A stretch of 64,000 bases of DNA from Bifidobacteriaceae bacterium (GTDB lineage: Bacteria; Actinomycetota; Actinomycetes; Actinomycetales; WQXJ01). The notes under the pieces were generated by a model that was not told the DNA's origin, made no database searches, and worked only from the letters and a program-made list of their open reading frames with translations. The stretch spans positions 5,765 through 69,764 of the forward strand of contig JAIRYJ010000005.1 of assembly GCA_031267825.1 (NCBI GenBank), written 5' to 3'. Shown in pieces: positions 44,645-55,068 of the stretch. The translations under genes were made by a program, and so were the position numbers. Position 1 is the first letter of the stretch. Each line of letters starts with the position of its first letter.

Positions 44645-47512
44645 ATGGAACAGACCCGACCGCCTTTGATCGATTTGACCCGCCTACCTTCGCTGGCTCC
44701 GGCCTTCGGCCCGGATGATGATGTCTTGTTTGACCTCCCCGGCGAAGCTGGGGGTGGTGGCGACGGCAGCGGCGGAGCGGGTCGCGGATCTGGTGGTGGT
44801 AGCGGAAAAGGTGGTGGCGGGGGAGCGGGTCGCGGATCAGCTGGCAGTGGCGGAGCGGGCGGCCGAGTTCGCGGTCCTGGCATTGGCGACGCTGAGCGGC
44901 TGCTCGACGGCTTGAACGCTGAACAGCGGGCGGCTGTTGTTCACCGTGGCACGCCGTTGTTGATTGTGGCTGGTGCGGGTTCAGGCAAGACCCGGGTCCT
45001 GACCCGGCGGATCGCCTATCTGTTGGCCACCGGCCAAGCCCAGGCCAGCCAAATCATGGCGATCACTTTCACCAACAAGGCGGCCGCTGAGATGCGTCTA
45101 CGAGTTGAGCGGTTGGTCGGCCCCAGAGCCAGGGCGATGTGGGTCTCAACATTTCACTCGGCTTGTGTCCGGATTCTGCGCCGCGAGGCGGAACATCTGG
45201 GTTTGAAGAAATCCTTCTCCATCTATGATGCCCAAGACTCGCTGCGGCTGATAACCCTGGTGGTGAAGGAATTGAACCTTGACCCCAAGAGGTTCCAGCC
45301 TAAGGCGATGGCTCACCGGATCTCGAACTTGAAAAACGAGCTAATTGATGCTGAGGCTTACGCTTCTGAGGTTAGTGAAGCTAACCCGCTTGAACACGCC
45401 ACAGCCGATGTCTACCGGCTTTATCAAAGCCGTCTCCAAGCGGCTCACGCATTGGACTTCGATGACCTGATTATGCGGACAGTTAGTTTGTTACAGGCTT
45501 TTCCGGGTGTCGCGGAACATTACCACCGCCGTTTCCGCCACATCCTGGTAGATGAATATCAGGACACTAACCAGGCCCAATATGTGCTGGTCAGGGAGCT
45601 AACCGGGGTTGGCGCCGATGCGCGCCGACCCGGCGGATTCGAACCAGCCGAGCTGACAGTTGTCGGGGATTCGGATCAGTCGATCTACGCTTTCCGTGGC
45701 GCGACCATTAGGAACATTTCTGAGTTCGAAACGGACTATCCAGATGCGGCGACCATCATGTTGGAACAGAACTACCGGTCAACGCAAAACATTTTGGATG
45801 CCGCCAACGCGGTAATCGCGCCTAATCAGCGCCGCCAAGAAAAAAGACTGTGGACGGCTGAAGGCGCCGGGCCTAAAGTTATCGGCTACGTGGCCGATTC
45901 AGAACATGATGAGGCCGAGTTTATCGCTGGCGAGATTGACCGCCTGACTGATGACTTTGAACTCAGACCAGGTGATGCGGCGGTCTTTTACCGCACTAAC
46001 GCGCAGTCACGGGCGCTGGAAGAGGTTTTCATCCGCCGGGGTATTCCTTACCGGGTTGTCGGCGGTACGCGGTTCTATGAACGCAAAGAAATCAGGGATG
46101 CGATCGCCTACCTGCGCGCTGCCGACAACCGGGATGATTCTGTCTCAATTGGCCGTATCTTCAACCTGCCGAAGCGCGGCCTGGGTGGGCAGGCGGCGGC
46201 CGCCATCGCGGTGTTCGCCGCTGGGCGGGGCATCTCATTTGGCGCCGCGCTGGCCTTATCCGATCAGATTAACGGGTTGACGCCCAGGGCCCAGCGGTCG
46301 GTGGCTGAGTTCGACCGTTTACTGTCTGAACTGGCCGAAATGTCGCAACATGGGGCTGGCCCGGCTCAAATTCTGGATTTTGCCCTTGATGAGTCGGGTT
46401 ACCTGGCCGAACTGCAGAGTTCCCGCGATCCGCAGGATGCCTCCCGGGTTGAGAACTTGGCCGAGCTGCACGCCGTGGCGAGCGAGTTTGAGACCAGTCA
46501 GCCGAACGGTAGTCTGGCCGACTTCCTGGAGCGGGTCTCATTGGTGGCTGATTCGGACCAGCTACCGCTGCGGGCCGGGCAGGCCGCGTCGGCCGAGAGC
46601 GGCACGTCGAGCGACTCGGGTGGGGCGGGGGAGACTTGGGTGCCGGGTGATCCGCCGGATGATGACGGGTACGATGCCGACCGGTTTGGTGGCAGCACGC
46701 CCATCAGCGACCAGCCTGGCGAGGGCACGCCGGGCGGCGACCCGGGCGGGGCGGGGCGGCCCGCGGCGCAATCCGCTGACCAGGCCGGGCAGCCCGCGGC
46801 ACCGACCGCTGACCAGGCCGGGAATGAGGCCGCCCGCCTGGGGCAGGTCACTTTGATGACAGTCCACACCGCCAAAGGTCTGGAGTTCCCGGTCGTCTTC
46901 GTGACCGGCTTGGAAGATGGCACCTTCCCGCACCGCCGGTCAATGGGCTCCGCGGCCGAGCTAGAAGAAGAACGGCGTCTGGCGTATGTCGCGTTGACCC
47001 GCGCCCGCCAGCGGCTCTACTTGTCCCGGGCTGAGGCTCGCACCACTTTTGGCCGGGCCGAATACTACCCAGCCTCACAGTTCCTGGACGATATCCCAAC
47101 CGAAGTGTTGGAGTGGCGCCGGGAGAGTGGCAGCCGGGCACAACTCCAAAGCGAAGGATCGTCGGCCGGGTCGTGGGATTCTGGCGGTTCGTGGGGAGCC
47201 CGGTCAAACCTGTACACCCAGTCCCGGACGGCCCGCCGGGCCGGCCGGTCAGGTGGCCTCAGCCCGGCGGGAGCCGGGCAAGCCGGTAGTGGACAGGCGG
47301 GCAGTGGTCCAACCATCAACCCGATCACCCCGCGCGCGCCGCGCGACATCCCACAATTGGCGCCCGGCGACCTGGTAACACATGATTCCTACGGCTTGGG
47401 CCAGGTCTTGACAATCGAAGGCGACCCGCCGAACCAAGTCGCCCGGATCGAGTTCCGCGCCGAAGGCGTCAAACGCATCTTGCTGCGCTTCGCCCCAGTC
47501 ACCAGACTGTAA
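44645..47512 (+). CDS. pcrA: ATP-dependent DNA helicase PcrA/UvrD1
   Basis: AGAGSGKT, TFTNKAA, VDEYQD, QNYRS, HTAKGLEF, EERRLAYVALTRA and a C-terminal Tudor-like domain. Confidence 0.96.
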   Translation: MEQTRPPLIDLTRLPSLAPAFGPDDDVLFDLPGEAGGGGDGSGGAGRGSGGGSGKGGGGGAGRGSAGSGGAGGRVRGPGIGDAERLLDGLNAEQRAAVVHRGTPLLIVAGAGSGKTRVLTRRIAYLLATGQAQASQIMAITFTNKAAAEMRLRVERLVGPRARAMWVSTFHSACVRILRREAEHLGLKKSFSIYDAQDSLRLITLVVKELNLDPKRFQPKAMAHRISNLKNELIDAEAYASEVSEANPLEHATADVYRLYQSRLQAAHALDFDDLIMRTVSLLQAFPGVAEHYHRRFRHILVDEYQDTNQAQYVLVRELTGVGADARRPGGFEPAELTVVGDSDQSIYAFRGATIRNISEFETDYPDAATIMLEQNYRSTQNILDAANAVIAPNQRRQEKRLWTAEGAGPKVIGYVADSEHDEAEFIAGEIDRLTDDFELRPGDAAVFYRTNAQSRALEEVFIRRGIPYRVVGGTRFYERKEIRDAIAYLRAADNRDDSVSIGRIFNLPKRGLGGQAAAAIAVFAAGRGISFGAALALSDQINGLTPRAQRSVAEFDRLLSELAEMSQHGAGPAQILDFALDESGYLAELQSSRDPQDASRVENLAELHAVASEFETSQPNGSLADFLERVSLVADSDQLPLRAGQAASAESGTSSDSGGAGETWVPGDPPDDDGYDADRFGGSTPISDQPGEGTPGGDPGGAGRPAAQSADQAGQPAAPTADQAGNEAARLGQVTLMTVHTAKGLEFPVVFVTGLEDGTFPHRRSMGSAAELEEERRLAYVALTRARQRLYLSRAEARTTFGRAEYYPASQFLDDIPTEVLEWRRESGSRAQLQSEGSSAGSWDSGGSWGARSNLYTQSRTARRAGRSGGLSPAGAGQAGSGQAGSGPTINPITPRAPRDIPQLAPGDLVTHDSYGLGQVLTIEGDPPNQVARIEFRAEGVKRILLRFAPVTRL

Positions 47513-47525
47513 GACGGCCCGCCGG

Positions 47526-48470
47526 TTAGCGCGTCAACCAGTCGGCGATACCCGCCGCCAGCGCCTCAGCGTAACGCTGGCGGCCATCGGGCGAACTCAT
47601 CAGGGCGGCCTCATCCGGGTTGCGCATCTCACCGAGTTCGAACATCACCACCGGTCGCTCAGACAAGGCCACGCCAGCGATATCTGAGCGCTGCGAAATC
47701 CCGTTGCGGTAGGCCGCGTTCTGAGTGAAGCCGGCCTCACCCAGGCGGGCCAGAACCGCCCGGGCCAATTCGAGCGACGGTTCACCCTGAGCCTGATTCA
47801 GCGGCGGCGCTGAAACAATCGCGAAAAAGCCCTTGACTGATCGGTTGGTGTTACCGTCACCATGAATCGAGACCATCACCTCGGCGCCGCTGTCCTGCGC
47901 GAACGTTCCGCGCTGGTCAACACAAATGATCTCACCGGCGGCATCCGACCGGGTCAGGTGAACAGTTGCCCCGTGGGCTTGGAGCAAATCGCGTAGCCGC
48001 AGAGCGACGTCATAGTTGAACTGGTGTTCCGGGTAACCCGCGTCAGTCGCCGTGCCTGAGGTTTGGCAGTCTTTGGTGCCGCCACGTCCGTCAGGTACTT
48101 GCCGCCCAGAGCCTCCACCAGCGCCATGACCCGGGTCAAGTGCCACCACCCGTCCGGTCAGGTCAGGTAGTTGAGTTTCAGGGGGCGTGGCGGTTGGGCT
48201 GTCCGATGCCGCCGGGCTGGGTTCTTTTGAAAGGCTTGGGCTAGGTGACAGGCTGGCCGGTGGGGTCGATGGCGACGGGTTTGTCCGGGTAGGAGAACCG
48301 GCCCGAAACTGAGCCGCCATTGGAACGCCAGCCGGGTGGGCGGCATCGTACAAAACTGAAGCCAAAGCGGCCGCCCCACTTGAGGTCACTAAACCGGCCA
48401 ACACCAGCCAGATGATGGCCGGACGCCTTGAGCTAGTTAGGCGATGCCGCGGCGCTGGGGCTACTGCCAC
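47526..48470 (-). CDS. N-acetylmuramoyl-L-alanine amidase (Amidase_3)
   Basis: N-terminal TM and Pro/Ser linker; LDPGHG, EHQFN, SIHGD and ELGEMRN. Confidence 0.9.
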   Translation of the reverse strand: MAVAPAPRHRLTSSRRPAIIWLVLAGLVTSSGAAALASVLYDAAHPAGVPMAAQFRAGSPTRTNPSPSTPPASLSPSPSLSKEPSPAASDSPTATPPETQLPDLTGRVVALDPGHGAGGGSGRQVPDGRGGTKDCQTSGTATDAGYPEHQFNYDVALRLRDLLQAHGATVHLTRSDAAGEIICVDQRGTFAQDSGAEVMVSIHGDGNTNRSVKGFFAIVSAPPLNQAQGEPSLELARAVLARLGEAGFTQNAAYRNGISQRSDIAGVALSERPVVMFELGEMRNPDEAALMSSPDGRQRYAEALAAGIADWLTR

Positions 48471-48991
48471 GGATCAGGTGAATCTTCCGGTTCGGCGATG
48501 ACCCGCACGTGACGGTCCTGGAGGTGACGGAACAGTGAGAGCGTCGTGGTGATGGAGCAGCGCAGGGTTAGGCGGAGCTGCTCATCGGTCACGCCGTGTT
48601 CCCAATCGACGGTGTGTTCAGCCAGGACCCAGAGGCGGCCGGAATCATCGACTGTGGTGTAGGCCTTAGGCCAGATTTTGGCGTAATGCCAGTTGTCGAT
48701 CGTTTCGCGGACTTTGGGCCGCATTTCAATAGGCAGCGACTGGTGCCAGCGGCCGCGGACCTGGAGGGTTTCTTTGTTTTCGCCATAGAGGAAGAAGTAG
48801 AAAACGTTGGCGTCCCAGATTCCTCCGACATCGCCATCTGAATCGATCTGGTAGGACCAGTTTTCGGCTTTGAGGGCCGCTTCGAGGCGGTCCCGTGTCA
48901 GGGGTGGCGGGCTTGGCCAGGCTGGCCAGTCGCGATGATCCATGTCGGGTTCCTCGAGTCCGCCTTCACCTGGTTCTGAAAAAAGCCCCAC
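48461..48991 (-). CDS. YbjN-domain protein
   Basis: YQIDSDGD...W...QVRGRW...NW...WPKAY...GVTDEQL pattern. Confidence 0.75.
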   Translation of the reverse strand: MGLFSEPGEGGLEEPDMDHRDWPAWPSPPPLTRDRLEAALKAENWSYQIDSDGDVGGIWDANVFYFFLYGENKETLQVRGRWHQSLPIEMRPKVRETIDNWHYAKIWPKAYTTVDDSGRLWVLAEHTVDWEHGVTDEQLRLTLRCSITTTLSLFRHLQDRHVRVIAEPEDSPDPWQ

Positions 48992-49174
48992 TTCATGCCT
49001 CCCACGTTTGATCTTGGGTTACCCAATGGTATGCCTGCCTCGGGTCTGGAAGCACGCCCGAACCGTCTGACCTAGGCAGAACCGCCCATCTGGGCGGGCC
49101 GAGTTAGGTGCGGGCAAGAACTCAGTCAAGGCAGTCCCAAGGGTTTCCCATGGTCTTGAGCTAGCATTCGGATT

Positions 49175-49801
49175 ATGCCATATATCGACATTGAGGCAAG
49201 GCTTCGCACCGCTCTGGTTACTCTGATCCTGGACGAATACTCACTACTTGAAACCGTCCAGTTACCCCTGCCAGCCTCAGAGCGAGTCATCGCCAGTCAG
49301 TTGGCTTGGCGCCTGCGAACCGAATATGAACGGTCCTGGGATGTCGACGTCGAATACAACCGGGTCGGCCATGGTTCAACTGGCCGCTCAGGCGTCCTGG
49401 GACAACCCGATCCGGTGAACCGGCCGGTTGACATCTCGATCCATCACCGCGGCCTGACCGGACGGGACGACAACCTGATGGTTTTGGAACTCAAAACCCA
49501 CGGTGTACCTGACCTGCCAGCCGAGGTGGCCCGCCTTGATAAAACCCAGCGGCATTATGACTATCAGCACGCTGTTCTGCTGGATTTGGGAATCACTGAG
49601 GGGAGCGATCCGGAAGGACCACCAGTAGTGCTGAAACCTGGTTGGTTGTGGCTACCTGGGCCACGCACATTGTCGCCAGTTTTCGAAGGCGATTCGGCCC
49701 TGCAACTGTCAGCCGACGGCTGGAACGCCCGCAAAGGCCGCGACGCTGCCCGCGACGCAGCCCGCGACGTGGCCTCCAATCGGCGCCGCAGTCGGCGCTA
49801 G
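49175..49801 (+). CDS. Hypothetical protein with PD-(D/E)xK nuclease-like motifs
   Basis: SERVIASQLA...WDVDVEYNR...VDISIHHRG...NLMVLELK. Confidence 0.55.
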   Translation: MPYIDIEARLRTALVTLILDEYSLLETVQLPLPASERVIASQLAWRLRTEYERSWDVDVEYNRVGHGSTGRSGVLGQPDPVNRPVDISIHHRGLTGRDDNLMVLELKTHGVPDLPAEVARLDKTQRHYDYQHAVLLDLGITEGSDPEGPPVVLKPGWLWLPGPRTLSPVFEGDSALQLSADGWNARKGRDAARDAARDVASNRRRSRR

Positions 49802-49824
49802 CTGGCCCGTTGTACGACGGTCCA

Positions 49825-50565
49825 CTAAACCTTCGGCTGGGTTGTTTTGATTTCGGCTCGCCTCAGGATCTCTGTCAGACGGTTACCGGCCGCCACCACG
49901 GCGGCGGCATGGAGCCGACCAGGCTGGCGGGTGATGCGTTCGACTGGGCCTGAAACAGAAATCGCCGCCACCACCCGGCCGTTAGGGGTGCGAATCGGGG
50001 CGGAGACCGAGGCCGCACCAGGTTCACGTTCAGAAACCGATTGGGCCCAACCGTGACGCCGCACCATTGACAACATGGTGGCCGTGAACTTGGCGTCAAT
50101 CAGGCCGCGATGCATCCGTTCAGGTTCCTCCCAAGCCAATAGCACTTGGGCGGCCGAACCAGCCGTCATGGCTAGAACCGCCCCAACTGGGATCGAATCG
50201 CGTAACCCCATTGGGCGTTCGGCCGCCGCCACACAAACCCGCTGATCGCCTTGGCGGCGGAAAAGCTGAGCCGATTCGCCGCAATGATCACGTAAGGCCG
50301 CCAGGACAGGTCCGGCCGCGGCCAACAAGGTGTCCTCACCGGCCGCCGCCGCTAGCTCATTGAGACGCGGGCCAAGCACAAAGCGTCCCTGCATGTCGCG
50401 ATCAACCATGCGATGGTGTTCCAAAGCGACCGCTAGACGGTGAACTGTGGGACGGGCAAGGCCGGTGGCCTGAACCAATTGCGCCAATGTGGCCGGGCCG
50501 GCCTCCAAAGCGTTCAGCACTGAGGCCGCCTTATCGAGCACCCCGACTCCGCTACTATTGTCCAT
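49825..50565 (-). CDS. ndgR: IclR-family regulator (NdgR/LtbR type)
   Basis: [29 protein letters not shown] and AGSAAQ; divergent from leuC. Confidence 0.92.
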   Translation of the reverse strand: MDNSSGVGVLDKAASVLNALEAGPATLAQLVQATGLARPTVHRLAVALEHHRMVDRDMQGRFVLGPRLNELAAAAGEDTLLAAAGPVLAALRDHCGESAQLFRRQGDQRVCVAAAERPMGLRDSIPVGAVLAMTAGSAAQVLLAWEEPERMHRGLIDAKFTATMLSMVRRHGWAQSVSEREPGAASVSAPIRTPNGRVVAAISVSGPVERITRQPGRLHAAAVVAAGNRLTEILRRAEIKTTQPKV

Positions 50566-50687
50566 ACCTTGATACTTGCATTCCAGATTGTGAGACGCAA
50601 GCCGGTGGCGGGTTGGCTTCCATACTGGTCTCAATTGAGGCCAGCCCGGCTGGCTGGCAATCCAAACCAAAAGGAGCTGATCATCTG

Positions 50688-52226
50688 ATGGGTCAAACAC
50701 TGGCGGAGAAGATCTGGCAGGCTCACGTTGTCCGGCGCGGACAAGGCGATGAACCCGACCTGCTCTACATTGACCTGCACATGGTCCACGAGGTGACCTC
50801 ACCGCAAGCCTTCGAAGGCTTACGCCTGGCGGGACGCCGCCCCCGGCGGCCAGACCTGACAATCGCCACCGAAGACCACAACACGCCAACACTTGACATT
50901 GACTTGCCAATCGCGGACCCAACTTCACGGTTACAGATCGACACGCTGCGCAACAACGCCCGCGAATTCGGCCTCCGGCTGCATTCCTTAGGCGATCCAG
51001 ACCAAGGAATAGTCCATGTGGTCGGCCCGCAACTAGGTTTGACCCAACCTGGTTTGACTGTTGTCTGCGGCGATTCGCATACCTCAACTCATGGCGCCTT
51101 CGGCGCTTTAGCTTTCGGCATTGGCACATCTGAAGTTGAACATGTCCTAGCCACCCAAACTCTGCCACTCAGACCGTTCAAAACAATGGCGGTCAACGTC
51201 ACCGGACAGCTACGCCCAGGAGTCGGAGCGAAGGACATCATTTTGGCGGTGATCGCAAAGATTGGGACCGGTGGTGGTCAAGGCTACGTCTTGGAATACC
51301 GGGGCGAAGCGATCCGGGCATTGTCGATCGAAGCCCGCATGACGATCTGCAACATGTCAATCGAAGCTGGCGCCCGGGCCGGCCTGGTAGCACCAGATGA
51401 AACCACATTCGCCTATATCGAAGGCCGCCCGCACGCCCCGACCGGTCAAGACTGGCAAGACGCGCTGGCCTACTGGCGGACCCTGCGGACCGATGATGAC
51501 GCCACCTTCGATACTGAAGTGACGATCGACGCCTCCAGCCTGGAACCGTTCGTCACCTGGGGCACCAACCCCGGTCAGGGACTGCCGCTGAGCGCTGCCG
51601 TACCCGATCCGGCGGCCGCCCGGGATGATGACGAGCGCCGTGCCATCGAAAACGCTCTGCGCTACATGGGTTTAGAACCCGGCACGCCGCTCAAAGAAGT
51701 CAAAGTTGACACAGTTTTCTTAGGTTCATGCACCAACGGCCGGATTGAGGACTTGCGCGCCGCGGCCGCCGTTGTGGCAGGTCATAAGAAGCACGATGCC
51801 GTCCGTATGTTAGTCGTACCAGGTTCGGCCCGGGTTCGTCTCCAAGCTGAGAAAGAAGGCCTAGACAAAGTTTTCACCCAGTTCGGAGCCGAATGGCGCA
51901 ACGCTGGCTGTTCAATGTGCCTCGGCATGAACCCGGATCAACTAGCACCCGGTGAACGGGCCGCCTCAACCTCAAACCGGAACTTTGAAGGACGCCAAGG
52001 CAAAGGCGGACGGACCCATTTGGTCAGTCCGGTGGTGGCGGCGGCCACCGCCATCCGGGGAACCCTCAGTTCACCGTGGGATCTTGAAGTAACCCAAGCG
52101 CCGAACGCTGGCAGCCGACCAGCCAGCCAAACTGAACTCGGCTTAGCTGATGGACGCCTTGGGCCGCGAACCGGCGGGGCGGCATCGGACGAAGTACAAG
52201 ACGCTGGGACAAGACAGGAAGACTGA
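50688..52226 (+). CDS. leuC: 3-isopropylmalate dehydratase large subunit
   Basis: [29 protein letters not shown] and [12 protein letters not shown]; RBS AAGGAG. Confidence 0.98.
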   Translation: MGQTLAEKIWQAHVVRRGQGDEPDLLYIDLHMVHEVTSPQAFEGLRLAGRRPRRPDLTIATEDHNTPTLDIDLPIADPTSRLQIDTLRNNAREFGLRLHSLGDPDQGIVHVVGPQLGLTQPGLTVVCGDSHTSTHGAFGALAFGIGTSEVEHVLATQTLPLRPFKTMAVNVTGQLRPGVGAKDIILAVIAKIGTGGGQGYVLEYRGEAIRALSIEARMTICNMSIEAGARAGLVAPDETTFAYIEGRPHAPTGQDWQDALAYWRTLRTDDDATFDTEVTIDASSLEPFVTWGTNPGQGLPLSAAVPDPAAARDDDERRAIENALRYMGLEPGTPLKEVKVDTVFLGSCTNGRIEDLRAAAAVVAGHKKHDAVRMLVVPGSARVRLQAEKEGLDKVFTQFGAEWRNAGCSMCLGMNPDQLAPGERAASTSNRNFEGRQGKGGRTHLVSPVVAAATAIRGTLSSPWDLEVTQAPNAGSRPASQTELGLADGRLGPRTGGAASDEVQDAGTRQED

Positions 52227-52229
52227 ACA

Positions 52230-52865
52230 ATGGACAAATTCACGACCCACACCGGGGTTGGGGTGCCTTTGCGGCGGGCCAATGTTGACACCGACCAGAT
52301 CATCCCAGCGGTCTACCTCAAACGAATCACCAAAACAGGCTTCGAGGACGCCTTGTTCTCAGCTTGGCGGGCGGACCCGAACTTTGTGCTGAACCAACCG
52401 GCCTACCAGGGCGGATCGGTATTAGTCGCCGGGCCGGACTTCGGAACTGGTTCAAGCCGTGAACACGCCGTCTGGGCGTTACATGACTACGGTTTCAAAG
52501 CTGTCCTGTCATCCCGTTTCGCTGACATTTTCCGTGGCAACGCCGGCAAACAAGGCCTGCTGGCGGCACAAGTCGACCAGGACACAATCGAACAGTTGTG
52601 GAAAGTGCTAGAAGCTGAACCTGGTCTGGAAATCACTGTTGACCTGGTGCGACGCCAAGTGCTAGGTGGCGATCTGATCGCTCCGCTGCAAGTTGACGAC
52701 TACACCCGGTGGCGTCTGATGGAAGGCCTGGATGATATTGGTCTGACTTTGCGTCACGAAGCGGACATCGCCGACTTTGAGCGAAGCCGCGAATCTTGGC
52801 GGCCAGTTACTTTGCCTGCCCGCCACCTTCCGTCCGAGCGCGTCGAACCGGCCAGACCCGCGTAG
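52230..52865 (+). CDS. leuD: 3-isopropylmalate dehydratase small subunit
   Basis: [19 protein letters not shown] and GLDDIG. Confidence 0.98.
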   Translation: MDKFTTHTGVGVPLRRANVDTDQIIPAVYLKRITKTGFEDALFSAWRADPNFVLNQPAYQGGSVLVAGPDFGTGSSREHAVWALHDYGFKAVLSSRFADIFRGNAGKQGLLAAQVDQDTIEQLWKVLEAEPGLEITVDLVRRQVLGGDLIAPLQVDDYTRWRLMEGLDDIGLTLRHEADIADFERSRESWRPVTLPARHLPSERVEPARPA

Positions 52866-52868
52866 TCT

Positions 52869-54191
52869 ATGACCGTGCGTGATGTCCTCGAAGTCGAAGG
52901 TGGCGTGCCGCTGAGCGGTGAGATCACAGTGCGCGGAGCGAAGAACTTTGTCTCCAAAGCGATGGTCGCGTCGCTGCTCGGTGATGGCGTCTCAGTGCTG
53001 CGTAACGTTCCCCAAATCCGGGATGTTGAGGTTGTCGCTGGGCTGCTCCGAGCCCACGGTGTGGCGGTAGAAATCGATGCCCAGGCTGGCACGGTCCAGA
53101 TGGATCCGAGTGGTGCTGGTCAAGCCAAAAGTGCCGACATTTTGACTCACGCCGGGTCTTCACGGATCCCGATCCTGTTTTGTGGGCCTTTGCTGCACCG
53201 TTTAGGCCAAGCTTTCATACCTGATTTAGGTGGCTGCAACATTGGTGGCCGACCGATCGGTTTCCACCTTGACGCCATGCGCGGGTTTGGCGCTGAAGTC
53301 GATAAAACCCCTGACGGGATACTGCTGCGGGCTCCGAGCCGTCTTCAAGGCATGTTGATGGAGTTGCCTTATCCGTCAGTTGGGGCGACCGAACAGTTGC
53401 TGTTGACAGCGGTCCTGGCTGAAGGTGTCACAGAGGTGCGCGGCGCTGCGGTTGAACCAGAAATACTTGACCTGGTGGCGGTGTTACAGCAGATGGGGGC
53501 GATAATTTCGCTTGAAACCGACCGGACTTACCGGATCGAAGGGGTTGACTCGTTACGCGGTTATCATCACTACGCTTTACCGGACCGGATTGAGGCGGCT
53601 TCTTGGGCTGGGGCGGCCTTGGCGACTGGTGGCGACATTACCGTTTTGGGTGCGCGTCAGCTTGATCTGACAACTTATCTGAACTATTACCGGAAAGTTG
53701 GTGGCCGGTTCGATGTGACTGATCATGGCATCCGGTTTTGGCATCCTGCAGGTGAACTCAGTTCGATCGCTGTTGAGACGGGTGTTCATCCCGGGTTCAT
53801 GACTGACTGGCAGCAGCCGTTTGTGGTCGCGTTGACTCAAGCCACCGGCTTGTCGATTGTTCATGAGACGGTTTATGAGAAGCGGTTCGGGTTTACTCAG
53901 GCGCTGCGCCGGATGGGGGCGCATATACAGCTTTACCGTGAATGCTTGGGTGGTCAGCAGTGCCGTTTCGGCCGAATGAACTATGAGCATTCAGCGGTGA
54001 TTTCTGGGCCGACTCCTTTGTATGCGGCTGATATTTCGGTGCCTGATTTGCGTGGCGGGTTTTCGCATGTGATTGCCGCTTTGGCGGCTCAGGGCCGCAG
54101 TTCGGTGACAGGTATCGGTCTGATTGACCGTGGTTATGAGCATTTCACCACCAAATTGGAGCGCCTCGGGGCGCGCATCCGGCGCCCTTGA
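52869..54191 (+). CDS. murA: UDP-N-acetylglucosamine 1-carboxyvinyltransferase
   Basis: GAKN, GGCNIGGRP, SVGATE, PDRIE, PGFMTD, DLRGG and RGYE. Confidence 0.97.
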   Translation: MTVRDVLEVEGGVPLSGEITVRGAKNFVSKAMVASLLGDGVSVLRNVPQIRDVEVVAGLLRAHGVAVEIDAQAGTVQMDPSGAGQAKSADILTHAGSSRIPILFCGPLLHRLGQAFIPDLGGCNIGGRPIGFHLDAMRGFGAEVDKTPDGILLRAPSRLQGMLMELPYPSVGATEQLLLTAVLAEGVTEVRGAAVEPEILDLVAVLQQMGAIISLETDRTYRIEGVDSLRGYHHYALPDRIEAASWAGAALATGGDITVLGARQLDLTTYLNYYRKVGGRFDVTDHGIRFWHPAGELSSIAVETGVHPGFMTDWQQPFVVALTQATGLSIVHETVYEKRFGFTQALRRMGAHIQLYRECLGGQQCRFGRMNYEHSAVISGPTPLYAADISVPDLRGGFSHVIAALAAQGRSSVTGIGLIDRGYEHFTTKLERLGARIRRP

Positions 54192-54281
54192 GGGACGTAC
54201 GGTCCTGAAACTCGTCCCCGAAACTCAAGACTGAGGCGATTCGGGCCGCCCGGTGCCGCACTGTGATGTTATGATGCGTTG

Positions 54282-54515
54282 GTGCGCACAACTCTGGATT
54301 TGGATGAACACGTCATTCACATGGCCCGCGCCAAGGCGGCGGCTGAGGGTACATCAATTGGGCGGGCAGTGTCTGATCTGGTGCTCAGCGCGGCCCAGCG
54401 GGCGCCGTTGACACTTGGCGAGGACCCGGCCGGACTTGGCCTAAGAGTCGTGGACGGGCCACCCGGTCATGTCATCACTGATGAGATGGTCTACCTGTAC
54501 CAGGATGACGCATGA
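54282..54515 (+). CDS. vapB: RHH antitoxin (VapB-like)
   Basis: RTTLDLDE...SIGRAVSDLV; ATGA overlap with the PIN toxin gene. Confidence 0.85.
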   Translation: MRTTLDLDEHVIHMARAKAAAEGTSIGRAVSDLVLSAAQRAPLTLGEDPAGLGLRVVDGPPGHVITDEMVYLYQDDA

Positions 54516-54997
54516 ACCCGAAGCGGTCGGCGCAGGATGAGGCGTCTATGCGGCCGACCGGCCATGCCGCCGAAGTAGAGCTATATCTACTGGATGCCAA
54601 CGTTCTGCTGGCGCTGACCCACCGCCAGCACGTTCACCACGGCCGGGCGACAGCTTGGCTGACCAAGGTTAAACGCTGGGCAACAACGCCCCTGACGGAG
54701 GCAGCCCTAGTCAGACTGTTGATGAACCAAACCGTAGTGGGAGTCAGCTTGAACGCCGCCACGGCCCTGGACGTTCTGGCGAGCCTGCGCGCCGGCGCCG
54801 GCTGGCAGTTCCTGCCGGATGATTCATCACTGGCCGATCCCCGGATCGATCTGACCGGACTGATGGGGCACCGCCAAGTCACTGATCTGCACCTAGTGAA
54901 CCTGGCGGCGTCGCACGGAGCGGTCTTGGCTACCTTCGACAGCCGGTTGCGCAGCGCTCTTGGTCTAGATGGAGCCGATCTAATCCACCTTGTTTAG
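54512..54997 (+). CDS. vapC: PIN-domain toxin (VapC-like)
   Basis: LLDANVLLAL, TEAALVR, QVTDLHL and ATFD. Confidence 0.9.
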   Translation: MNPKRSAQDEASMRPTGHAAEVELYLLDANVLLALTHRQHVHHGRATAWLTKVKRWATTPLTEAALVRLLMNQTVVGVSLNAATALDVLASLRAGAGWQFLPDDSSLADPRIDLTGLMGHRQVTDLHLVNLAASHGAVLATFDSRLRSALGLDGADLIHLV

Positions 54998-55068
54998 GTC
55001 CCGTGGTTTTCGCGGTTTTTCGTGGCTATTCGTGGTTTCGTGGTCTTGGCGACGGACCTAAAGGCCAA

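Noticed and set aside
50566-51168. Long N-terminal extensions of ORF-track calls (ndgR; likewise leuC, guaA, ngcE, hydrolase B, the 57257-58270 ORF)
   Set aside because: They overlap neighbouring genes or promoters. Conserved N-termini and RBS or -10 signals indicate downstream starts.
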